Assembly: GCA_049694795.1 (NCBI GenBank)
Contig: JBAVRG010000028.1
Location: forward strand, 1-38,834
Direction of reading: 5' to 3'
Source of the DNA: Mycobacteriales bacterium
GTDB lineage: Bacteria > Actinomycetota > Actinomycetes > Mycobacteriales > SCTD01
Length of the DNA: 38,834 nt
This document shows, piece after piece, positions 1 to 6,080 of this stretch (position 1 is the first letter of the stretch; every line of letters starts with the position of its first letter). Both the position numbers and the translations under genes were made by a program. The notes under the pieces are model-generated. The model made no database searches. It saw only the letters and a program-made list of their open reading frames with translations, and had not been told where the DNA came from.

Positions 1-1006
1 CCGACGGCGGCCGGAAGCACCCGACCCGCACCCCCTGAGCGCGGCAGGCCTGCTGCGCCAGCACCGCCCGGTGCGGGTCACCCACCAGCACCCGTACGAC
101 GGCACCGTCGGTCGCGGGCACGCCGACGGCGTCCGCCAGCGCCGTCGCGGCGGTCCGGAGGGCCTGCACGCGCTCGTCGGTGACCAGGGCGAGGGCGGCC
201 AGCGCGGCGCCGGTCGCGGCCGGCGCCAGACCGGTGTCGAAGACGAACGCGCGGGCGGTGTCGACCAGGTGGTCGCGCAGCGCGGCCGGACCGAGCACGG
301 CGCCGCCCTGGCTGCCGAGGGCCTTGGACAGCGTGACGGTGCGCACCACCTCCGGCTCCTGCGCGAGGCCGAGCAGGGCGCAGGCGCCCGCCCCGGCCGG
401 TCCGACGACCCCGAGGGCGTGCGCCTCGTCGACGAGCAGCAGCGCGCCGTGCTGGCGTGCGACGTCGTGCAGGGCGACCAGGGGGGCGAGCGTGCCGTCG
501 ACCGAGAACACCGCGTCGGTGACCACCAGCGCCCGGCCGTCGTGTCCTGCGAGGGCGGCGGAGACGGCGCCCGGTGAGGCGTGCGGGACCACCCGCACGG
601 TCGCCCGCGACAGCCGGCAGGCGTCGATGAGGGAGGCGTGGTTGGCGCTGTCGGAGACCACCAGCGTGCCGGGGCCCGCGAGCGTCGTGACGGCCCCGAG
701 GTTCGCGAGGTAGCCGGAGGAGAAGACCAGCGCCGACTCGGCCTGGGTGCGGGTCGCCAGCTCGGCCTCGAGCTCCAGGTGCAGCGCGGTGGTGCCCGTG
801 ACGAGCCGCGAGCCTGTCGAGCCGGCGCCGTACCGCCGTACCGCGTCGACGGCTGCCTCGACCACCGCCGGGTGTCGTGACAGCGCGAGGTAGTCGTTGC
901 CGGCGAGGTCGAGCAGACCCTCCTCACCGGGGTCGAGGCGGCGCACGAGACCGGCGGCGCGGCTCTGCGCGCGCTCCTGCGCCAGCCACTGCCAGGGGTC
1001 GCCCAC
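1..1006 (-). CDS. bioF: 8-amino-7-oxononanoate synthase (BioF-type PLP acyltransferase); C-terminal end cut by the window edge
   Basis: Not in the ORF track because there is no stop inside the window. My translation of the minus strand from GTG 1006 gives VGDPWQWLAQ..LDLAGNDYLALSRHPAVVEAAVDAVRRYGAGSTGSRLVTG..FSSGYLANLG..LLLVDEAHALG..TLSKALGSQGG (PLP-lysine motif)..GCFRPPS. An in-frame TAA 9 nt upstream fixes the start. G/C dominates codon position 3. Confidence 0.85.
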   Translation of the reverse strand, partial: MGDPWQWLAQERAQSRAAGLVRRLDPGEEGLLDLAGNDYLALSRHPAVVEAAVDAVRRYGAGSTGSRLVTGTTALHLELEAELATRTQAESALVFSSGYLANLGAVTTLAGPGTLVVSDSANHASLIDACRLSRATVRVVPHASPGAVSAALAGHDGRALVVTDAVFSVDGTLAPLVALHDVARQHGALLLVDEAHALGVVGPAGAGACALLGLAQEPEVVRTVTLSKALGSQGGAVLGPAALRDHLVDTARAFVFDTGLAPAATGAALAALALVTDERVQALRTAATALADAVGVPATDGAVVRVLVGDPHRAVLAQQACRAQGVRVGCFRPPS

Positions 1007-1012
1007 GCAGCA

Positions 1013-1022
1013 ACCTTAGGCT
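1013..1022. promoter_or_regulatory. Two overlapping divergent TANNNT -10-like hexamers: TAGGCT on + (1017..1022) and TAAGGT on - (1018..1013)
   Basis: The spacer between the bioF GTG (1006) and the pdtaS GTG (1030) is only 23 bp. Each hexamer ends 6-7 nt before its start codon, which is the geometry of actinobacterial leaderless transcripts. Confidence 0.35.
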
Positions 1023-1029
1023 TCGAGGC

Positions 1030-2538
1030 GTGTCCACCCTCGCGGAGCGCGTCCGGGCCCGCACCGACCTGACGCGGCTCGACCTCGAGCACCTGCAGCG
1101 GCTGGTCGCGGAGTGGCAGCTGGTGGCCGACCTGAGCTTCGCCGACCTGGTGCTGTGGGTGCGCAGCCACGAGTCGCACTGGCTGGCCGTGGCGCACATG
1201 CGGCCCACCACCGGGCCGACGGCCCACCCCGACGACGTGGTGGGGGAGGAGCTGGACAGCAGTCCCCGGCTCGAGCGGGCCTGGACCCAGGGCCGCATCG
1301 TGCGGGACGGCGAGCCGGAGTGGCGGCACAAGGTCCCGGTGCGGCAGGAGGCGGTCCCGGTGCGCCGCGGGGACCGCGTGATCGCGGTGCTGACCCGCGA
1401 CACGAACCTGGCCGCGGCCCGGGTGCCGAGCCAGCTGGAGCTGGCCTACCTCACCAGCGCTGGTGAGCTGCTGCAGATGACGAGCGAGGGCACCTTCCCG
1501 TTCCCAGGCTCCGACCCCGATCCCGAGCACTCCCCACGGGTGGGCGACGGGCTGCTGCGCTGCGACCGCACCGGGCACGTCGTCTACGCCTCGCCCAACG
1601 CGCTGTCGGCCTACCGCAGGCTGGGGGTCGCGGGCGACCTACTGGGTGCGCACCTGGGGCACACCATCGCCAGGCTCTCCGCCGGTCCGGGCAAGCTCGA
1701 CGAGCCGCGCGGGTCAGCGGCCCTCGCCGCCGCCCTGCGGTTCCGCGAGCCGCGGGAGAGCGAGGTGGAGGCGCGGGGTGCGGTGGTGGCGCTGCGCGTG
1801 CTGCCGCTGGTGCCCGGGGGTGAGCCGCACGGCGTGCTCGTGCTGGTGCGGGACGTCACCGAGCTGCGCCGCCGGGACCGCCAGATCATGGGCAAGGACG
1901 CCACCATCCGCGAGATCCACCACCGGGTGAAGAACAACCTGCAGACGGTCGCCGCGCTGCTGCGGATGCAGGCGCGCCGCATGACCGACCCGGCCGCGAA
2001 GGCCGCGCTGCAGGAGTCGGTACGGCGGGTCGGCTCGATCGCGGTGGTGCACGAGACGCTGTCGCTGGCCCTCGACGAGACCGTCGACTTCGACGTGATC
2101 GCCGACAAGGTGCTGGCGATGTGCGCCGAGGTCGCCACGACCGGGGCGGCCGTCGAGGTGGTGCGCACCGGCACCTTCGGGGTGCTGGACGCCGAGGTCG
2201 CCACGCCGCTGTCCATGGTGCTGACCGAGCTCGTGCAGAACGCCGTGGAGCACGCCTACCCGGACGGCAGGGCCGGCCGGATCGAAGTGGGCGTACGGCG
2301 TCGTGAGGACGAGCTCGTGGTCGAGGTGCTGGACGACGGCGCGGGGCTGCCGGCCGGCTTCGTCCTGGAGGACAGCACCCGGCTGGGCCTGCAGATCGTG
2401 CGCACGCTGGTCGCCGGTGAGCTGGGCGGTCAGGTCACGCTCATGCCGCGTGCGGGTCGGGGCACGCGGGTGGAGCTGAGGGTGCCGCTCAGGCCGGAGG
2501 CGCACCAGCGGCACGAGCCGTCGGCAGCGAGCCGATGA
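1030..2538 (+). CDS. pdtaS: PdtaS-type cytoplasmic sensor histidine kinase (GAF/PAS N-terminal region, HisKA_2 plus HATPase_c)
   Basis: ORF 877..2538. The first 51 codons are R/G/P-rich junk. GTG 1030 gives VSTLAERV..VAEWQLVADLSFADLVLWV, like the N-terminus of mycobacterial PdtaS. H-box IREIHHRVKNNLQTVAALLRMQ. ATPase boxes ELVQNAVEHA, DDGAGLP and GLGLQIV. The gene is convergent with whiB1, as in Mycobacterium. Confidence 0.85.
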   Translation: MSTLAERVRARTDLTRLDLEHLQRLVAEWQLVADLSFADLVLWVRSHESHWLAVAHMRPTTGPTAHPDDVVGEELDSSPRLERAWTQGRIVRDGEPEWRHKVPVRQEAVPVRRGDRVIAVLTRDTNLAAARVPSQLELAYLTSAGELLQMTSEGTFPFPGSDPDPEHSPRVGDGLLRCDRTGHVVYASPNALSAYRRLGVAGDLLGAHLGHTIARLSAGPGKLDEPRGSAALAAALRFREPRESEVEARGAVVALRVLPLVPGGEPHGVLVLVRDVTELRRRDRQIMGKDATIREIHHRVKNNLQTVAALLRMQARRMTDPAAKAALQESVRRVGSIAVVHETLSLALDETVDFDVIADKVLAMCAEVATTGAAVEVVRTGTFGVLDAEVATPLSMVLTELVQNAVEHAYPDGRAGRIEVGVRRREDELVVEVLDDGAGLPAGFVLEDSTRLGLQIVRTLVAGELGGQVTLMPRAGRGTRVELRVPLRPEAHQRHEPSAASR

Positions 2539-2716
2539 GGCCCGGGTCCTCGCCCCCGGTGACGTTGCTGACTCGCAGGAGGACCCACACGAACAGGCCC
2601 ACGAGCAGGACCAGCAAGGTGAGGGCGACCACCCGGTAGCGCCACCTGGCGAGCGCGGCCGACGACGGCTCGCTCGCGACCAGCGGCGGGCGGACGTAGT
2701 CCTCGGAGGACCGCAC
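2489..2716 (-). CDS. Small single-pass membrane protein (75 aa) starting 4 nt after the whiB1 stop
   Basis: ORF 2489..2716 starts at GTG 2716, with 3 nt between the whiB1 stop and this GTG. One clear TM helix, VVALTLLVLLVGLFVWVLLRV. Codon position 3 is almost all G/C until the last ~10 codons, which overlap the pdtaS 3' end. Confidence 0.55.
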   Translation of the reverse strand: MRSSEDYVRPPLVASEPSSAALARWRYRVVALTLLVLLVGLFVWVLLRVSNVTGGEDPGLIGSLPTARAAGAPPA

Positions 2717-2719
2717 CGC

Positions 2720-2968
2720 TCAGGCGGTGCGGACGCGCGGGCGGCTGCGCCGCTTGAGGGCGCGTCGCTCGTCCTCGCTGGTGCCGCCCCAGACGCCGGC
2801 GTCCTGGCCGGTCTCGAGGGCCCAGGTGAGGCAGGGCTCGACGACCGGGCAACGGCGGCAGACGGCCTTGGCCTCGTCGACCTGGATCGCAGCCGGACCC
2901 GTGGTGCCGATCGGGAAGAAGAGCTCGGGGTCCTGCTCGCGGCAGAGCGCGCGGTGGCGCCAGTCCAT
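2720..2968 (-). CDS. whiB1: WhiB-family [4Fe-4S] transcription factor (WhiB1/WblE type), 82 aa
   Basis: Within ORF 2720..3133, ATG 2968 is preceded by GAGGAG (cgccGAGGAGttggacgcATG). The protein is MDWRHRALCREQDPELFFP..AKAVCRRCPVVEPCLTWALETGQDAGVWGGTSEDERRALKRR, with four Cys, the GVWGG turn and a basic tail. Confidence 0.93.
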   Translation of the reverse strand: MDWRHRALCREQDPELFFPIGTTGPAAIQVDEAKAVCRRCPVVEPCLTWALETGQDAGVWGGTSEDERRALKRRSRPRVRTA

Positions 2969-3054
2969 GCGTCCAACTCCTCGGCGTCGCCGACCGCCCG
3001 GGGGGAGCGGCACGGCGCTGGTACCGACGCTGGTCTGCGCCGGAAAGGGGGCCT

Positions 3055-3070
3055 TGTGAACGGTTTCACG
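3055..3070. promoter_or_regulatory. CRP/FNR-family operator-like palindrome TGTGA-N6-TCACG in the whiB1 upstream region
   Basis: The sequence TGTGAacggttTCACG is read directly and lies 87-102 nt upstream of the whiB1 ATG. In M. tuberculosis, whiB1 is a known direct CRP (Rv3676) target. Confidence 0.5.
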
Positions 3071-3206
3071 ATCTGGTCCGGTCCCGGGGGCCGAACGCGG
3101 TTCTACATAATCACCGGCGGTGGGCGGTGGCAAGGCTTACGTAACGGTGGCGAGCCCTTTTGGGGTGTCGCGTTCGTCACGTCCTGTGCACGATGTCTGC
3201 CCCTGC

Positions 3207-3220
3207 GTGAGGCAGTTCAC
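3207..3220. promoter_or_regulatory. Second CRP-like palindrome, GTGA-N6-TCAC
   Basis: cGTGAggcagtTCACt, 239-252 nt upstream of the whiB1 ATG. Only the 4+4 core matches. Confidence 0.35.
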
Positions 3221-3270
3221 TCGTTCGGGGGACCCGCCGGTCGCGCGGAGTCCGGCGCCGGGTCGTGACG

Positions 3271-4191
3271 TCAGACCACGACCTGCAGGGCCCGCGGGAC
3301 CGAGCGGAAGACGACCTGCTCGCGGCTGCCGAGGTCGTCGCCGTCGAGCTGGAACGGCAGCGGGAGGTCTGCGGTGAGGGTGAGCTCCTGCAGGTCGTGC
3401 AGGGCGACCACGCGCTTGCCCCTGGGGTGCGTGTCCGCGGACAGGATCTGCGCGAGGTGCCGCAGCACCGCAAACGCCGGAGCTGTGGTCAGGCCGAAGA
3501 GGTCCAGGCCGGTCTCGAAGGAGGCGTCCGGACAGGGCCGGACCGGGCGGGGGCCGAGGTAGGTCCAGGGGTCGGTGTTGCAGAGCAGGGCGATGCCGAG
3601 GCGCACCGGCTCCGCCCCGGGGCGCTCCAGCGTCAGGACCGGCTTGCGGCCGGCGGGGCCGAAGAAGTACTCACGGATCGCGGAGCGCACGTAGAGCGGC
3701 TGGGTCGCCGTACGGCCCTTGGCCCGGGCCGCCTCGACCCGGCGCACCGCACCCGCGTCCAGGCCGAGACCGGCGTTGAAGGTGAACCAGCGCTGGTCGG
3801 CGAGCCCCAGGCCGATCGTGCGCCGCCGGTCCTGCAGCAGTCCCTCGAGCAGCTGGCTGGTCGCCTCGATCGGGTTGTTGGGCATGCCCAGGGCCCGGGC
3901 GAAGACGTTGGTGCTGCCGGCGGGCACCACCGCCAGTGCCGGGAGGTCGGGCTGCGGGCCGGCGTGCAGCAGGCCGTTGACGACCTCGTTGACCGTGCCG
4001 TCGCCGCCGAGGGCGACGACCACGTCCAGCCCGTCGACCGCGGCCTGCTGTGCGAGCTCGGTGGCGTGGTCGCGGTGGGTGGTCTCGGCGATGTCGAGCT
4101 TGACCTCGCTGGCGAGCGCGTGCGCGAGCACGTCGCGCGCCCGCGCGCTCGTGGTCGTGGCCTTGGGGTTGACGACGAGCAGCGCGCGCAT
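3271..4191 (-). CDS. Diacylglycerol kinase-family lipid kinase (DAGK_cat, YegS/Rv3218-like)
   Basis: ORF 3271..4191. MRALLVVNPKATTT start and the catalytic motif VVALGGDGTVNEVVNGL. It sits next to whiB1, as in mycobacteria. Confidence 0.85.
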   Translation of the reverse strand: MRALLVVNPKATTTSARARDVLAHALASEVKLDIAETTHRDHATELAQQAAVDGLDVVVALGGDGTVNEVVNGLLHAGPQPDLPALAVVPAGSTNVFARALGMPNNPIEATSQLLEGLLQDRRRTIGLGLADQRWFTFNAGLGLDAGAVRRVEAARAKGRTATQPLYVRSAIREYFFGPAGRKPVLTLERPGAEPVRLGIALLCNTDPWTYLGPRPVRPCPDASFETGLDLFGLTTAPAFAVLRHLAQILSADTHPRGKRVVALHDLQELTLTADLPLPFQLDGDDLGSREQVVFRSVPRALQVVV

Positions 4192-4224
4192 CCCTCAAGG
4201 GTAGTTGGCCGCTAGCGTGGCGTC

Positions 4225-4596
4225 GTGCCTCTCTCCCGCCGGCTCGCGCTGCTGCTCGCGCTCGAGGGGGTGGCGCTGGTGGCCCTGGGCATCGGGTACG
4301 GCGTCGCGGGCCTGTCCGACAGCAGCGAGCGGGCGCCGACGGAGCTGGCCGCAGCGGCCGCGGTGCTGACCGGGCTGGTGCTGGTGCTGCTGGCACGGGC
4401 CACCGACCGGCTGCGCCCGTGGTCGCGCTCGCCGGCGGTCGTGCTCAACGTCTTCCCGTTCCCCGTCGCCCTGGGGCTGCTGCAGGCGGGGCTGTGGTGG
4501 GTCGCGCTCCCGATGCTGCTGGTGGCCGGCAGCGTGCTCTACCTCTACGCGACGCCGGAGCTGAGGCTGGTCTTCCGCGAGCGCCAGCCCCGCTAG
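4225..4596 (+). CDS. Integral membrane protein (about 4 TM, 123 aa), function unknown
   Basis: ORF 4225..4596 with a GTG start. Hydrophobic segments LALLLALEGVALVALGIGYGVAGL, AAAAAVLTGLVLVLLA and VFPFPVALGLLQAGLWWVALPMLLVAG. High G/C at codon position 3. Confidence 0.7.
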   Translation: MPLSRRLALLLALEGVALVALGIGYGVAGLSDSSERAPTELAAAAAVLTGLVLVLLARATDRLRPWSRSPAVVLNVFPFPVALGLLQAGLWWVALPMLLVAGSVLYLYATPELRLVFRERQPR

Positions 4597-5447
4597 TCCT
4601 CGGAGAGCAGGCCTTCGCGCAGCTGCGCCAGGGTGCGCGCCAGCAGCCGGGAGACGTGCATCTGGCTGATGCCCAGCTCGCCAGCGATCTGGGACTGCGT
4701 CATGCCGCCGAAGAAGCGCAGCATGAGGATCTTCTTCTCGCGGGCGGGGAGCTTCTCGAGCAGCGGCTTGAGCGACTCGCGGTACTCCACGCCTTCGAGC
4801 GCGTCGTCGACCATCCCGAGCGAGTCCGCGACCGCGGGGCTGTCGTCGTCGCCGCCGTCGGGGGCGTCCAGGGAGACCGCGGAGTAGGCGTTGGCGGACT
4901 CCAGGCCCTCGAGGATCTCCTCCTCGCTGAGCCCGAGGTGCTCGGCGAGCTCGGCCACGGTGGGGGCGCGCCCGTTCTTCTGCGAGAGCTCGCTGGTCGC
5001 CTTCGTGAGGCTGAGCTTGAGCTCCTGCAGGCGCCGCGGCACCCGGATCGCCCAGCCCTTGTCCCGGAAGTGGCGCTTGATCTCGCCCACGATCGTCGGG
5101 GTGGCGTAGGTGGAGAACTCCACCCCACGGTCGAGGTCGAAGCGGTCGACCGACTTGATCAGCCCGATGGTCGCGACCTGCACGAGGTCGTCGAGGGGCT
5201 CCCCGCGGTTGCGGAAGCGGCGGGCGAGGTACTCCACGAGCGGCAGGTGGATCTCCACGAGCTCGTCCCTCAGCCGGCTGCGCCGCGGGTCGCCCTCGGG
5301 CAGCGCGGTGAGCTCGGTGAACATCTCACGCGCGCGGGCTCGGTCGGCGGCGATCCGGTCGCTGCGACCGGACGCGATCTCCTCGGTGGCGGCGACGACG
5401 TCGGGGTCGTCGAGCTGCTCCTCGGTGCTGGTGGGAGGGGTGGTCAC
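4593..5447 (-). CDS. Group-3 RNA polymerase sigma factor of the SigB/SigF/SigH (stress/sporulation) family
   Basis: ORF 4593..5447. Region 2: PLVEYLARRFRNRGEPLDDLVQVATIGLIKSVDRFDLDRGVEFSTYATPTIVGEIKRHFRDKGWAIRVPRRLQE. Region 4: LPAREKKILMLRFFGGMTQSQIAGELGISQMHVSRLL. The GTG start overlaps the upstream stop (GTGA). Confidence 0.9.
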   Translation of the reverse strand: MTTPPTSTEEQLDDPDVVAATEEIASGRSDRIAADRARAREMFTELTALPEGDPRRSRLRDELVEIHLPLVEYLARRFRNRGEPLDDLVQVATIGLIKSVDRFDLDRGVEFSTYATPTIVGEIKRHFRDKGWAIRVPRRLQELKLSLTKATSELSQKNGRAPTVAELAEHLGLSEEEILEGLESANAYSAVSLDAPDGGDDDSPAVADSLGMVDDALEGVEYRESLKPLLEKLPAREKKILMLRFFGGMTQSQIAGELGISQMHVSRLLARTLAQLREGLLSED

Positions 5448-5896
5448 AGGGCCGCAGCTCCCGAGCTTGCGCCGGCGTCCGAGCCGGGGCTGAAGATGCC
5501 GAGGTCGGCACGGTGCTTGCGCAGGGAGATGGTGACGTTCTTGTCGGCGTCGACGCTCGCGTCGACCTCACCGGCGAGGGCGGTGAGCACGGTCCAGGCG
5601 AAGGTGTCGCGCGAGGGCTGCTCGCCCTCGAGGGTGGGCACGGTGACGGCGACCGCGATGCTGTCCGCGGAGAGCTCGAACGCGCACTCGAGGTCGGCGC
5701 CGGCCAGGGCCTGGGCGAGCAGCATGGCGCACGCCTCGTCGACGGCGATGCGCAGGTCCTCGATGTCGTCGATGGTGAAGTCGAGACGCGAGGCCAGCGA
5801 GGCCGTCGCCGTCCGCAGCACGGAGAGGTACGCCCCTTGCGCGGGCAGGCGCAGCACCACGACGTCCTGCGAGCTGTCCCTCGAGTTGCCGCCCAC
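5444..5896 (-). CDS. Anti-sigma factor, RsbW/UsfX/UshX-like (GHKL-derived)
   Basis: ORF 5444..5896. GTG 5896 is preceded by GGAAAGGGGGG. VVVLRLPAQGAYLSVLRTATASLASRLDFTIDDIEDLRIAVDEACAMLL is typical of actinobacterial UsfX-type anti-sigma proteins. The 4-nt overlap with the sigma gene implies co-translation. Confidence 0.8.
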   Translation of the reverse strand: MGGNSRDSSQDVVVLRLPAQGAYLSVLRTATASLASRLDFTIDDIEDLRIAVDEACAMLLAQALAGADLECAFELSADSIAVAVTVPTLEGEQPSRDTFAWTVLTALAGEVDASVDADKNVTISLRKHRADLGIFSPGSDAGASSGAAAL

Positions 5897-6080
5897 GGGC
5901 CCCCCTTTCCGGTCATGGGCGCAGCCGTCTACGCCCCCAGGGATGACCTTGCCCCGAGGTCAGCCTCCTACACCTGTGACGTAGGTCAACAGCGACGCAC
6001 TCGGCCCGACTCGTGATACACGAATGTGTCCTCGGGGCGACCTCTCCGTCTGCCTACCAGCCGGGTGGGGGTCGGTGTCG

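Noticed and set aside
877-1029. N-terminal extensions offered by the ORF track: pdtaS from 877, whiB from 3133, kgd from 21618, the sensor from 35241, the esterase from 36157, the permeases from 30430 and 31479, the USP from 24396 and the GNAT from 11175.
   Set aside because: The extra residues are low-complexity Arg/Pro/Gly, overlap upstream genes or promoters, and have poorer codon position 3 bias. Internal starts have RBSs or 4-nt overlaps and match the usual family N-termini.
3177-3190. TCAC-N4-TGTGC in the whiB1 upstream region, considered as a third CRP site.
   Set aside because: The half-sites are in the wrong relative order and spacing for TGTGA-N6-TCACA.
3231-3264. An imperfect GC hairpin right after the DAG-kinase-like gene stop, and weak stems at 27573..27594 and 31720..31737, considered as terminators.
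   Set aside because: The stems are bulged or only 6-7 bp and lack any U-tract. I am not confident enough to list them as features.
5897-6080. Search for an autoregulatory SigF/SigB-type promoter (GTTT-N15-17-GGGTA) or a clear SigA promoter upstream of the anti-sigma/sigma operon. I noted GTTGAC and an imperfect dyad GATACAcgaaTGTGTC at 6014..6029.
   Set aside because: No hexamer pair has acceptable spacing, and the dyad is short and imperfect. A promoter must be here, but I cannot place it from sequence alone.
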